Source of the DNA: Amphiscolops sp. MND2022
Lineage: Eukaryota
Reading direction: 5' to 3'
DNA length: 64,000 nt
Assembly: GCA_964187785.1 (NCBI GenBank)
Contig: OZ076409.1
Coordinates: 15,130,001 to 15,194,000, forward strand
In this document: positions 48,064-61,728 of the stretch, piece by piece
Numbering within the stretch: the first letter of the stretch is position 1
How the letters are laid out: the number at the start of each line of letters is the position of its first letter
Made by a program: the position numbers and the translations under genes
The notes under the pieces: model-generated
What the model saw: only the letters and a program-made list of their open reading frames with translations
Databases searched by the model: none
What the model was told of the DNA's origin: nothing

Positions 48064-48523
48064 AAGTCGGTAACGGCCCAAATCGGCGCCGTATCTAAGG
48101 CTCAAAAATAGCAAAAGGACTTCAAAATGTCAAAGTATTGGTTAACAGGGGACCCTTTTATGAAATGAAAAAAGTTGAAAAAAATTTCACAATGACGAAA
48201 AAAACTGAAAGGGGGGACCCTTTGGGATTTTTCAACATCCATTCTGTTGGAAAATATCAAAAAATTGAAGGGGGACCCTTTGGTGAAATTTTTTTTCCGA
48301 AAAAAGTCTCACAGAACCGAAAATACTCTAAGGAGTACCCTTTGGCCCCGTTGAGTTTCTTAGATGATGTAAAAATACTAATTCGTAAGGTAAGTAAGAA
48401 TTGTAAAAATTTTAAGATTGTAAGAATTGTAAGAAAAGTTGACCATTCAGAGTGAGATTGTAAGCTGAAAAAAAATTGTAATAGTCGGGCTTTTTTCCTT
48501 AAGGGAAAATGCGCCGACTAAAA
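48064..48523 (-). mobile_element. Helentron/DINE-like element copy
   Basis: aataagtcggtaacggcccaaatcggcgcc...ggggaccctttg...atagtcgggc...gcgccgactaaaa is the reverse orientation of the family. Confidence 0.55.
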
Positions 48524-48592
48524 AGGACTTTGCTAAATGTTGGTTTTGCTGCCATCAATGTCAAACGACTTATAGGTTGTCGTTTATTTCAG

Positions 48593-48821
48593 GAAAATGT
48601 ATTTGGGTGGACGAAACTAGACATCTCGTTTATTTCCTGGGTCTGAAAGAATCGGAGTTGGAGGCGCATTTGTACGTGTGCAGTTATCGGCATCCTCAAT
48701 TGGGCATATTCCGTCTCACGCAACTTGGTTTCTACCATTCAGTCTTTTTCAACCGCTCATGCACAATGTTTGTCGACTCATTCAGCAGTCTCAACGTCCC
48801 ACCGGCACTCACCGTCTACAG
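48593..48821 (+). CDS. DPP9: DPP8/9 exon 7
   Basis: IWVDETRHLVYFLGLKESELEAHLYVCSY...RLTQLGFYHS. Acceptor tttcag, donor gtattg. Confidence 0.9.
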
Positions 48822-48928
48822 GTATTGATAGTCTTCGTCTTTAAAGAACATCGAAATTCTAAGAACTGCATGTTTAGTTTTTCTATTCATGTAAAGTGGT
48901 TATAATGTTAAAAGCAACATAGCACGCG

Positions 48929-49393
48929 CAGGGGTGTGAAATATTGTATTTAAATAGATTTTTTCAAAAAAATAAATATATTTTTTGAGTCAATTTCAGC
49001 AATTAATATATTGTATTTATTGTCCTGCAATATTTTGGAAAAACAATAGATTGTGAAATTTTATTGGGCAGAGAAACATTCATTTACACGGCAAACATCC
49101 CAATGTTGTTTATTTGTATAAAGAAAGACTATCTTCTCGAAATTAATAGGAAGCGAAAAGCTGAGTGAATTTCTCCCTTAATAGTCTTTCACTTGTATAG
49201 TCCGTTTAAAATGCATATTAAATGAAATTTTGTTTTTATTCTGCAATAATTTTTTTGCGCAATATATTGTAGAGCTCTGACAATATTTGCCTTATTTCAA
49301 TAAATATATTGTGTTTTTGCTCCAACTAAATAAATATATTAATTGTATTTAATTGCAATATATTGCAATACAATATAAATTTTTACAACTCTG
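48929..49393. mobile_element. hAT-type MITE
   Basis: caggggtgtgaaa ... ttttacaactctg with perfect 8-bp TSD agcacgcg; AT-rich aatatattg repeats. Confidence 0.8.
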
Positions 49394-49825
49394 AGCACGC
49401 GGAAAGAGAGCAAGTAAACATCTCATTGGCTGAATAAAGTCCCACGCGCTCATTTGATTGGTCGAGAGCTATTTCCAAATCATCATTTTTAGTTTTTTGA
49501 ACTTTTGACCCCCTTACACATTTTTGATTTTGTATATTTGAAACTGAGACGTCATTGCTCCATGCTTTTGCTACGCACGTTGGTACTTACGTGGAGCTGA
49601 AACTATTTTCAATTTGTAATTTTTTGAGTCCTTTTGAAAATGGCAGTCTACTTTATCAATTGGCAATGTTGTAGGTTGTAGCATTGTTACTGTTGCTATA
49701 CATTTGTCGGCCGCTTTACGTATGTCTACTGTTTTGATTACCAGAACTACTGAGAATATAACTTCGAATTCTAAAACGGAGAAAAGTCATGCCTCATTTT
49801 TTTTCTCGCCAAAAACGTGACAATA

Positions 49826-49989
49826 CAGTAGAGTTATCGGCTAATCCAATATTTCGGCTAAACGAATAGAAGTTTCAATCCCCGGCTGTAAAGAATATAC
49901 TAGCATGTTTCCGTTTAATCGAATATTTCGCTGAATCGAATATTTTTTGCCGGTCCCGCTAGTATTCGATTAGCCGAAGTCGTCGACTG
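49826..49989. mobile_element. Tc1/mariner-type MITE
   Basis: TA|cagtagagttatcggctaatc ... gattagccgaagtcgtcgactg|TA. Confidence 0.6.
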
Positions 49990-50019
49990 TAGTTGGAATT
50001 AGTGTGTTGAATATTTTAG

Positions 50020-50275
50020 AATGAGTCCTTCTTTATTGAACAAGGAGGCGGACAATGCAGAATGGTTTCAAGAACTCTCCGATGGGTTCCAGTTGTCGGC
50101 TAATCAGTACAAATTGTCTGTGCCTCAGTACCCTCAGGAATTGCATGTATCAGAGTTGTTCTCCTTCAAATCCTCTCAGTCTAAATACACTTTACACGGC
50201 CTTCTTTACAAGCCTGACAACTTCCAAATGGGCGTCAAATATCCTTGCTTGCTTTATGTTTACGCAGGGCCTCAA
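50020..50275 (+). CDS. DPP9: DPP8/9 exon 8
   Basis: ELFSFKS...LHGLLYKPDNFQMGVKYPCLLYVYAGPQ|gttagt. Confidence 0.92.
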
Positions 50276-50940
50276 GTTAGTTTATTTCCATCAGTTTCAT
50301 TTCACTTGATTGTTATTTTACCCCAGATTGAATCAACTGATAATGAAATTTCAATGGCAAATGCATTTTCATCAACTGGTTTGAAGTTTAATGGGAAGTT
50401 TACATCGGCAAGAAGGACAAGTTGTTGTTTCTATTTACGAAACCAGGTGTCTAACTATATTAAGAATTATTATTAAAAGAATAATTTTTAAAACAGTTAT
50501 ATAGCCGACCGATTGTGTGAATTTTTGTACCGTCACTAAATCAAGAGTGAACAAGATGAGAACGTTTCAAGTCGGCTCTATACCTATAAGCCTCAAAAAG
50601 CGTAAAGGAAATCTCAGGCGCAGGAAAACCCCTTCTCAGTTTTCATGTTTTTTTCAAACAAAAGTCTGTCGTGGATTCTATGGATTTCGCAGATTGTCTG
50701 TTAATGGAAAATTAATTACAGTCTTTGACCTCGAAAACTATCTTAATACATGTAAATTGCAATTTTACCTTTGGAGCCTGATATCTTGAAACCAGTTGGT
50801 CAATTTCGAAATCAAGTTATATCTGTTGCTTCAATAGATTTGGTGTTGTTCATTGAGTATACAACTTGCTTTAAACTGTAGTTAAAACGGTCTAAAAAAT
50901 GGTAAAAAATCAAATTCCATGTTTAGTATGCTTGGCCTGA

Positions 50941-51372
<432 letters not shown>

Positions 51373-51889
51373 TAGTTAGCTTCAACGGGGTTTACCTATG
51401 AACCCTTGGTTCTATTTTGTTCAGCTAGGTACATTCTCCGGGTTTAATATTTCCTTTTCGTTGTGCATCTGTTACTACTTTTATATAGCACACTATGGCT
51501 CTTACAATATGGACAATGAGTTGGTTACATCGTGATATGGTGCAGTATTTTGTAAATTTTCCACCAGATGCCAAGGATTTCAATAATAATTTTTTAAACA
51601 CTATGACTAAGATCGTTCGATTGGTGCTTATTTTCAAGAGATGACGGTCGGAAATGGATAATTTTTTACCGCTCAATTTAATTGCAGTCATTGCTCGAAA
51701 AGCTAGTTCATGTTTGTTGGGTTATGTGAATTTTGTATTCCCGAGAAAATGTGCACGAAATGTTACTGCTCAACAGTCATTATAGACAGAGCGGGTTAAA
51801 AGTTCCGGTATGTGGCCGCTTCAAGGTTTTTCAGTCATTGACATTTTGTAAATCAATCGAAAACTTGTATTTCAATGGAAGTGAGTTCT

Positions 51890-52410
51890 TTTTGGTCGGC
51901 GCCTTTTCCTTTTTTCGTCAGGCAACAGAATACATGCGTAGTGGACACTTTTTCTACGGAACTACTAAACTACTAGACCGGCAAGTGAAACGCATCTAAG
52001 GTAGTGCAAATGGTCCCCCTTTCGTGTACTCAATTTTTAACGTAAGATACAAAACCGGACGGGACTGTAGGGTCCCCCTTTGAATTTTTTTCGGCACTGT
52101 GCAACTTTTTTTCGAATATTTTATCTCCAAAGGGTCCCCCTTCAATTTTTTGATATTTTGCAGCAAACTGAAGTTTCAAAAAGTCTCCCCTTTTGAATTT
52201 TTCGGCGCTATGAGACTTTTTCAAAATTCTCATTTTTCGTTTTTCGAAATTTTTTTATAGTCTCCAAAGGGTCCCCCTTCATTTTTTCTGATATTTTGCA
52301 ACAAACTGGACTTTCAAAAAGCCCAAAGGGTCCCCCTTTTTACAGTTTTGAAAACTTTGCGCTTTTTGAGCCTTAGATATAGCGCCGACTTTAGACGTTC
52401 CCGTCTTGTT
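51890..52410 (+). mobile_element. Helentron/DINE-like element copy
   Basis: ttttggtcggcgcc start, tandem aaagggtcccccttc units, and end agcgccgactttagacgttcccgtcttgtt. Confidence 0.55.
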
Positions 52411-52650
52411 ATTTCGTAATCATGGCCTAGATACTCTACATATGCATTTACTAAAATCGACCCTTCTTAAATTGTCCTTCATCTTCATTCAACCCCTACT
52501 TCTTTTTTTTACGAAGAATGTTTCACTATTTTCACCGCCTAAAGGTGTTTTCGCCCGTATGCTAAAGTATTTTCGCCTCACCAGAAATTCATATTTTACT
52601 ATTAAATATTATGCACCATTTACCTCTGTTGTAATTTAAGACCTTTTTAA

Positions 52651-52842
<192 letters not shown>

Positions 52843-52890
52843 TAGCTGTGCCCTCTCTTCACTATACTTAATTGGATGACGGCACACTAC

Positions 52891-53080
52891 CAGTGGCGGT
52901 TTCAGAATATTTTCAAGGGAGATGCTGATTGGGTGAAAACGGCTTTTGCTTAGAATAGCGCCTATTTCTTACATATGAAAATTATAGTGACACCTAGAAG
53001 GGTCCCCTCTTTGAGCAATGGGACTATATTTTTTTTCAGAAAAAGAGGATGCTACCGCATGTCCCCTAAAACCGCCCCTG
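52891..53080. mobile_element. Small hAT-like MITE
   Basis: cagtggcggttt ... aaaccgcccctg; 8-bp TSD cacactac / tacactac. Confidence 0.7.
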
Positions 53081-53188
53081 TACACTACGCCAAAAAGGTA
53101 TTGATTAACACACAAGAACGTTTAAACTAGTATGTTGAATACCAGAAATGAAGAGTGTTTTGGACCTCCGAAACATTAGCAATTTTTG

Positions 53189-53665
53189 GATTACCAGAAA
53201 ACTCAACACAAGAAAACTCAACACAAGAAAACTCAACACAGAAAACTCAACACATTTTAAGCATTTATTAATCGTGATATATATTATACATCTATATTCC
53301 TTGTTCGTACTGCTCATAATTTATGCATTTGACACAATTTTTCTAAAATATTTGTGTTTGCGTTTAAACTTTTTCTATCATTTTGTTTCATGGTTTGGGC
53401 CAATGTAAACAACGTTTCAACGTGTAAAACAGTTTAAAATAGGAAAAAGTCGCAATCATGACTAGGTGTAAAGGAAATTATACGTCTTTATATGTCTTTG
53501 AAATGACTCGCAACTGTAACCAAGTGTAAACGGAAATTATCCGGATTTAACAATTAGATTTCGGAAAATTCAATTGAGGTGTTAACTAAAATTAATTAAA
53601 TGTGTTGAGTTTTTGTGTTGAGTTTTCTTGTGCTGAGTTTTCTTGTGTTGAGTTTTCCGTATACC
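53189..53665. mobile_element. Mutator-like MITE with aaaactcaacacaag repeats
   Basis: Inverted arrays aaaactcaacacaag / cttgtgttgagtttt; 9-bp TSD caatttttg (53180..53188, 53666..53674). Confidence 0.75.
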
Positions 53666-55552
53666 CAATTTTTGCACTCGGGGGTATTTGGTATGGCCAA
53701 AGTTTGAAAACATACCGTTTGAACATGCAATGAAAGTTATAGGCAATAAATTTAATGAGTTATTCCCGTTTTTCATAATTATCATATTTGTTTTCCATGT
53801 TTGTTTATAAAACTGTCCCCAGAACGTGAGATGTTTATTCCGTTATGTTCCTGGTAGTCTTGGAAATTGAGAGATTTTGTTGCCACAAACCATCGCGTTC
53901 CCTCAGTTCAATGTCTCAAATACATGAGAAATTGATTTGTCTAGTTTATATTTACTGTAGAAAATTTACGTTAGCCCTTAAATTTAAGTTTGCTTTTACA
54001 ACTGGAATTGTAATGACACCCCCGGAAATGTTTACAAGTGCAAGTGATAATCTTTGCATAAAATCAACAGTTTTGAAACATCTATGACTGTTGGACGATC
54101 AAAAACAGTAAACTTTAAAATATAGGTATGTGTTTAGATATTTTGCTCAATTATCCGTGATCCCTCATGTTTTCAAGCTGATGTGAACTGATTTTATCCA
54201 GGGTTTTTGAGGTCATTTTTGATGGTTTTGATTTCTAAAGTTGTTATCTTGAATGACAAATAGAAGCGTATAAATATCATTTGGATAGAAGCCGCATTGG
54301 TCTTCAGCAGCAAGCATGGTATTTTCATGAGAAATAATTTGTAGACTTAGTGAATTTAGTCAAGACTGGTCAGGTAGGTAAAATGACGTTTTTCTGAACG
54401 CTAATGTGCATATTTTAGTTCAAGTACTTATTTCCAAGTACACCCCCGGTGTATTTTCAAAAAATACTGAAAAAGGCTGATAGAGATGTATTTAGTCGGC
54501 TCTTTTTAGTGACAAGTTTTTCAGTCACCCTGACGCGTCCACTTATAATATTTCATAAATTTGATATCGAAGAGAGGGTGACTGGGCCCGAGAAGCAGGA
54601 GTAAATGGGTTCGAGTCCCGCACTAAACCAAGTTTTTATGCTGGCAAAGATAGATGAACGACCCTTGGTTTTTTGGCACTATGCGACTTTTATATCTGAT
54701 TTTTTTGTACCGAAGCCGCCTTCGATTTTCAACAAATTTTTTGTACTTTGGAACTGATAAGAGTTTTCTCAATAGTTGTGGTTTGCTACGGTTTTCACGC
54801 ACTGCACAACTTTTTCTCGAAAAATTTTTATTTGGTCAAAGGGTTTGATGTTTTCAGGGAGGATAAACCGTTTTTGAACCCAAAGCGCCCCTGTGAAATT
54901 TTTCGAAACTCATGAAAATAGTCTCTTAACGTGTTCGAACGACTTTCGCTTGTTCAGCCGTAAACGTGGGCCGACTTTTGATGATCATCTTGTTTTCTAA
55001 TTTTGTTACTTCAGTGAAGTATTTCAGTCATTACGAGGTCTATGTCTGTATGGGAGTATTTGTAATGAAACGTATTTTCTCTATCCGGGGTATTATTTCG
55101 GTCCATTCGTATGGTTGAAAGGTTTTACTTGGCAAGGTCTTCACGAAAAACTTATCCTGGAAGAAACTTCATTGGGGAGTTCGATTGTTGAAATTGGTTG
55201 TAGAGCTTGTAAAATGTATAATGGGCAATGTTCTCACGTTTTTCCAGTGCCTTTATCCACAAGAACGGAATTAATTGTTGAAGCGTCAAATTAATCGTGT
55301 CATTCGCAATTTGGTCGAGTCGAAAGTCATTTTGTACTCATTCATTTGTACTCTGTAAGTAACATTTGCCAAGTGTTAGGCGAACAATCCAGATTTCACT
55401 GTCGAAATTCGGCTTATATCGTCAAAGCTGTTTCTCCAGCTGGTGCTAATCATGCATTTCAACATTCTCGCAATTACATATGATAGACCTCCCTCACAAC
55501 CGCTTCTGTACTTGTTTTATAGCCACATCCAATCTTGGCTGACATGGTGTAT

Positions 55553-56799
55553 CGGGCGGTTTTAGGATTTTCTCAACGGGTCGGCGGATTTTCAAAACGG
55601 GGGAACGAGAGCACCAGTTGAATATTTGAAAGTAGAACAACCCGGGAACGGCCCAAGTCGGCGCCCCGCTCAAGGTTCAAAAAAGTAAAGTTTTTTTTTA
55701 CATATCCAGAAGTACACTTTTGTTAAAATTTGATCAATTTCACAGTGCGAAATTATACCTTAACTTGACAGTACACCGAGAAGTTGAAAAAGTGACAAAA
55801 AATAGCAAAAAAATTTTCAAAGCCTAATTTCTCCACGAATAATAGCTTCGCCGGGCCTTTCAAATGACACTCGAACTTTTCGCTGAAGCTTCATTGAAAA
55901 AAAAACTTCTGTATGCGGTTTCAATGGTGGCAAACTGTGTTACTAGAGTGTGACAGTAACTTAGCAAACAGTTGCTGTGTTATTGAGAAAAAATTAATTT
56001 TCTGAAAAGTATTTTTTTGCAAACTTTCACTTTTTTCTAGTTACCTTTTTGCCGGTGGTTCGGAAAACAAACTATATTGACACAAATAACAACTCGCTCC
56101 AGGTAGTCCAATAGATTGTTGATTAGAAAAACAAAATTTCGTTTTCCTATGAGCTTTTTGCGTTTCGTAATATTTTATTGATAGTGAAAAAAATCGCTGT
56201 CCTCATTTGGGGACAGAAGCACTGTCGAGGTTAAAGGATACGCACAAGACTCGAAAACCACTTTTTCCACAACTGGAGACAACTAAACTAAAAAATGAGA
56301 AGAAAAATTTTCCGAATTTTTTTCGAATATTTTTGAAGTCTCCGGTAAGTCGCAGTTTCGAAAAATGTAAAGGAGGGGACCCTTTGGGATTTTTTGAACA
56401 TCCATTCTGTTGTAAAATATCAAAAAATTGAAGGTATTTGGAGACATAAAAAAACTTGCGAAAAGTCTCACAAAGCCGAAATAACATGCACAAGAAAAAT
56501 TGGTCAAGGGCGAGACTCGAACTCATGTCCTTCTGCTCCGGAGACTTCGAAAAATCCTGATTAACCTTTATGCCAAGTGACAGTAGAAGTTACAAGTTTA
56601 GTGTGGCAGTTAGTGGAAGCAACAGCTTTAAAACTTATAAAATCTGTCACGTCGTTGTCTTTAAAAAAGCCAGTGCTACAGTCTGCGTTTTCTACGAAAG
56701 CGCCGACTAAAAACTTGGCTCATTTTACCGGCTGTGACATCATTTCATTCCATACATTTATCCAAATGGGCAGGCGGCCGTCCCCTTAAACCGCCCCTG
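55553..56799. mobile_element. hAT-like MITE (related to 52891..53080) with a nested Helentron/DINE-like copy at ~55636..56712
   Basis: cgggcggtttttagg ... ccttaaaccgcccctg; 8-bp TSD tggtgtat. The inner copy begins aacaacccgggaacggcccaagtcggcgcc and ends gcgccgactaaaa. Confidence 0.65.
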
Positions 56800-56845
56800 T
56801 GGTGTATGATGTCCTTGCGTCCTTGAATGCACACTTTCTGTTTAG

Positions 56846-56992
56846 AACCCTTGCAAGTTCATGTGTGCGGCCGCAGCTGCTCCCGTCGTCAACTGGAGGG
56901 AGTACGACACGGGGTACACGGAGAGGTACCTGGGAATTCCGGAGTTGAACATGTCCGCTTATGGCAGTAGTTCGGTCCTCAACTACATTCAG
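56846..56992 (+). CDS. DPP9: DPP8/9 exon 11
   Basis: NPCKFMCAAAAAPVVNWREYDTGYTERYLGIPELNMSAYGSSSVLNYIQ. The 3' boundary is inferred from homology; the donor reads GG, see findings. Confidence 0.85.
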
Positions 56993-57983
56993 GGATGCTC
57001 AAAAATATACTTCTGGAATTTTTTCAATTTTCGGGGAGCGAAATCAGTAACTGTTGATAACCTTTCCTAGGAAACGTTTGTGATTTTGTATATCTTCATA
57101 CGGAATCTATCGTCTTGGTAACTTTGAAAGCTGGCGAAAAAAAAGTTCTATATTGATGTCAGTAACGTTGTATGTTATTTGTTTCCGTCGTCCAAAACCG
57201 TGGTCATTCGAATAGTTCTAAATGCATCAAACGCAGGGTTGGTCTCAACTCAACAACTCAACTTGAATAAAATTAAATTAATCAAGATTGATTAAGATCA
57301 CCCAAAATGAGCTCTTTCTTTGACGTGAATGAGTTGATTCTACGAACTAACACTTTCTGACTTTCGTTCCGAGCTCTGGCAATGTGTTCTCACTAAGCCT
57401 GGTTCAGTGGAAGACTAAAAAGCATTTCAGAGTTTTTTAAAAACAAAAGTTCTTTTCTGGTCCACAACTTTGAGTTTATGTTTGAAAATATTTAGTTTTC
57501 TGCATTCTGATTTTTAATCAATTCAGTCTTGATTATAATCATTTTAATCGGAATGAAATTAATAAAATATTTTAATCCGGCAAAAAGCCAACGCTGACCA
57601 AACAGAGTCTAGATCAGAGTTTTGACTTCGGTAATTAGCGGTAGCTGAGGATTTTTCAGCGATTCAAATTAGCGGTAGCTGATAGAATGTCCAAATTGTG
57701 AAAATATTGAGTATACCCGGAGTTTCAAAATAAATTTCAAAAATTTCCTGCTCTTACCCTGGTAAATCCTACACGGTATAAAAAAATTTCGGTCTGTTTT
57801 TCTTAACAAAACTAATTTAAGTTGCAATTCAATTTTAAAAGATACTTGAAGTCAAGCATTTAATAGTTTTGAAAAACGAAAATTTTAAGCGAAATACCGA
57901 TTCTTACATTAGCGGGTTTAGCGCTTAGCGGAAAAAATTAGCGATGCCAAAGTCTTAATCTAGAGCATCTCTGAAATGTTCAG

Positions 57984-58202
57984 CATTTCCCGAACGAGGC
58001 CAACAGGCTGCTGATCATTCACGGGGCGATCGACGAGAATGTCCACTACAGACACACGGCCTTGTTGGTGAACGCGCTGGTCATGAACTGCAAACCCTTT
58101 TCCCAGATCACGTATCCTATGGAAAGACACGGGCTCAGACACACAGAAGCAAGCGAGCACTTTGAAACTTCTCTCTTACATTTTTTTAACACAAACGCCT
58201 GA
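57984..58202 (+). CDS. DPP9: DPP8/9 exon 12 (catalytic Asp and His, stop)
   Basis: HFPNEANRLLIIHGAIDENVHYRHT...ITYPMERHGLRHTEASEHFETSLLHFFNTNA*. Not in the ORF track. Confidence 0.93.
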   Translation, partial: HFPNEANRLLIIHGAIDENVHYRHTALLVNALVMNCKPFSQITYPMERHGLRHTEASEHFETSLLHFFNTNA

Positions 58203-60512
58203 TTTTCCAACTGAATCATGAAACACCGAGTGTGGGTATTCGATTGAATTATAAACTGCAAACAAAAATAACGACAAACCTATTGTCTATTGTTGTGTGA
58301 GTTAACTATTTCTTTTATTCTGATCTATTTAAAAAATTTATTTTTAATAATTTACCCTTCCGATATTTCTTGAGAAATGAATTATATTCAGTATGATACA
58401 AATAAGTTAGTGCAGATTTTTTTGGGTGTCTTCGACCGAAACGTCAGAAGCAATGTCAGCTTTTTAAAAACTTTCAAAATCCTCCGAAAGTTATCAATTT
58501 GATTTCTGTTTGAACTTCTTTACAGTATCTGGAAAATTTGTATCGACAAGTCACAGTTAGTTTGCTGCTAGTTTTTGAAGAATTTTTACGGCATAGTCGG
58601 AAAGTAAAATGGCCAGAGATGAAGATGTACAAGATTTGCAGCCAGTGATTTTGTAATGACCAGTGAGACTTCAGATATTGCACGAGAATGTTCAAAAAGT
58701 CTTATTCATAGTATAAAGTGATGATTTGCAGCTTTATTTTGTTCTCAAAACAAATGTTGTAATACTGGTCAAACATTGGAGACTTTTTGCTTCACGCTAG
58801 TTTGAAGATAGTCGTTTGAACATGACGTCACTAAAAAAGAGTGAAAAAGTTACCCTTTCGATATTTTTGGTACCTTGAAGCTAACATTTTAAAAAAGTAT
58901 TACTGTCGAGGAAAAATCCGAAAGACAATGCTGCAAAGGTTTGTTTTTTTCCGTCATTTTCTAAACCTCGAAGTGCCAAAAGTTCCTTTCTGCTAGAATG
59001 TCATTTTCTGGCCTCCACCCTAAATTTTTTGAGAAATAATTATGACTAGAATATTTTGACTGCAGCCCGTGTTTTATTTTGCTTTCATTGTCGAGAAACG
59101 TCCAGTAGTGGCAATGAATATAATTTTACAATTTCTAAAAGCATTGTCTAAATTTTTTTCCACACAATATTGCATCTGTCAAGAGTTATTTATATTGATT
59201 TGACTAGAGCGGATTTTCAAGATTTGGTTCATTTTCCGGGAAATATGAAATCATGTTTAGGATTAGCTTAGTTTTAAATCAGTTTTAAAAATTTTAGTTT
59301 TAGTCGCGACATCTTTTTTCCCTCCAAGTTTCTACCATAATTCGATAACTTCAATTATAACTTCATATCACACTTGACCTGGTGGTTAACGCGTATTTCC
59401 GCATGAGTTCGACGTTGATGAGAGTACGTGGGTTCAATTCCCACACTAAACCAAAAAATTTTGTTCGCAAAAGTAGAGGTAAGACTGAAGGGCCCTTCCC
59501 TTTGGGGTTTCTTTCGGCACTTTGCGACTAGCCCCTCTTGAATTTAGCAGGAATAAAGCTTCTTGCGACCCTGGTAGTATCCCTCGAGACTTCTCGACAC
59601 TGTGCGACTTATCGAAATTTTTCTTTACTATTTTTGGTTTTGATGTTTTCAGTTCTTAAAACACGTTTTTCGAGCCTAAATCGCCACACTTTTGGGTAGT
59701 TTGAGCCCTGTTCGAACCCAAGTTTTTCGGGGAAAGCAATATCGGGTTTTTGTGGTATTTTCAGTTATGAAAAAGTGTTTTTTAACCCTGAAAGGCCCAT
59801 TGGAAATTTTGTGTTGTAACGGTATACCAAAATTATTGCAGTGCCACTGGGCCTCTTGTTCGGTTTTGATCTTGGGCCGACTTTTGAGACTTTCATTTTT
59901 GAGAAATAATTATCGAGGAGTAATATTGACATTGTTCCTTTCAATTTGAACCAAATGAAACCTAATCAGAAAAAAATGTTATTCGTTCAAGTAGACCAGT
60001 TTTATACAATTCACCTTCATTTTTGGGTCTTGTCAGAAATTTTTTTACTTAACAAAAAATACAAGGGGTCGTGCGCATCGGGGCCACGTTTTAGGATGGA
60101 TGATTTTTAAATGTGTAGCCCGAAATTAAGTAGTGGGCAGTCTAGAAATGAAGGGTGGCACCGATACGCTCCAAGCCCGAAGCCTCCCCAGGTGTCAACG
60201 ACGACCCCCAATAATTTTAGTCTTGTCAGAAAGCTAAAGAAATAGCATGAGACTTATCTGAAGTTCATTTGAATCCCTTCTATAATTTTTCACCCAATTT
60301 TTTTCCGCATTGGTTTCATTTGACATCTAACTTACTTCAAACTGTTTCTAATTGAGCCGAATTTTTGAGATTTGTTTCAATTTTAGGAAAATCTTTTCGA
60401 AACTAGCAAAAAATCTTTTCTGAATAACTTGAAAATTGTTTTTGGCGATTCTTTGCTAAACGAATTTAGACAAATGGCAGTTTATGATCGCAATATTTAT
60501 CGCCTTCTGTAA

Positions 60513-60965
60513 TTTTTAGTCGGCGCTTTTTGAAGAAAAGAACTATAGCGAAAAACTAGCGAACTGACAGATTCTACAAGCAATCATATAACTTCTGGTA
60601 ACTTCTAACTGCCACTTGGCATAGAAGTTGACCCGGATTTCTTGATGTCTGGAAGCAGTAGTTTGTGCGTTCGAATCTCGTACTGAACCAAAATTTTTGT
60701 ATACTTGCAAAAGTAGACGGGAGACCAAAAGGTCCCTCAATTACGTTTTTTTTCTGCACTACTTTGATATTTTTGACACTATGCGACTTTTTTTGATGTT
60801 TCTCCAACCGAAGTGTCCCTCTTTATGTTTTAGCAGAAACAGCGTTTTGTGAGCATAGAAGGCCGCCTTTGGTTTTTCCGACACAATGCAACAAACCGAA
60901 GAATTGAAAAAAATTCTTTAAGGAAAACCTTTTTCAGAGTCCTAAGCGTGACCGTTTTCCCAGTT
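60513..60965 (+). mobile_element. Helentron/DINE-like element copy with tRNA-like B-box
   Basis: ttttagtcggcgcttt start, gcgttcgaatctcgtactgaacc at ~60667, and aaggtccc repeats. Confidence 0.5.
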
Positions 60966-61382
60966 TTAAAGGTGAGCTCTGACTATTTTTCGGTCCTGTA
61001 GAAATGATGAGAGTCTTCTCAATACTTGTAGAAAATACCTGCGGTTTTTTCGACACTGTGCGACTTTTCGAGAAATTATTTGGTCAAAGGGTAACCCCTT
61101 CACTTTCATGAATGTTTCTGGCTTGAAAGAAAAGCGTTTTGTGAGAAAAAAGCTCCCTTTTCGGCACTGAAACTTTTCTCCATACGAGACTATGAAAATT
61201 TGTCTTGATGTTTCCCGCTGGGAAAGAAGTTTTCGAGACTTAAGTATCCCTTCGAGTATTTTGTGGGCCTGAGAATATGATAACGTTTTTACAATAGTGT
61301 CCCTTTGCGTATTTAAAAAACTTGTATCGTTGCTGGCTTGTTTTGATTTCTTCTGTTTTAGTCTAATACGAACAACAACCCC

Positions 61383-61420
61383 TTTAAGGTGATTTGAATA
61401 TATATTCAAATCACCTTAAA
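61383..61420. repeat. Perfect 38-bp spacerless palindrome
   Basis: tttaaggtgatttgaatat|atattcaaatcaccttaaa, centre at 61401/61402. Confidence 0.95.
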
Positions 61421-61728
61421 TGATAGCTCAGTTCGCTTGATTGAGTTTACATTTTGAAAACATTCGGTTATGCCCTATAACACAGGAATTGAGCGGCACA
61501 ATTTCGAGAATTCTTGTCTATTTACAATCGAGATTTTGCGAATTTTTCTTTGAACTCAAAAAAAGTCGCGTATATACGCGACTTTTTTTGAGTTCAAAGA
61601 AAAATTCGCAAAATCTCGATTGTAAATAGACAAGAATTCTCGAAATTGTGCCGCTCAATTCCTGTGTTATAGGGCATAACCGAATGTTTTCAAAATGTAA
61701 ACTCAATCAAGCGAACTGAGCTATCATT
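61419..61728. repeat. Perfect ~310-bp spacerless palindrome
   Basis: Centre gtcgcgtat|atacgcgac at 61573/61574. The ORF track shows the same 62-aa peptide on both strands (61441..61629 +, 61518..61706 -). Confidence 0.95.

Noticed and set aside
61441..61706. Two identical 62-aa genes on opposite strands
   Set aside because: An artefact of the perfect palindrome.
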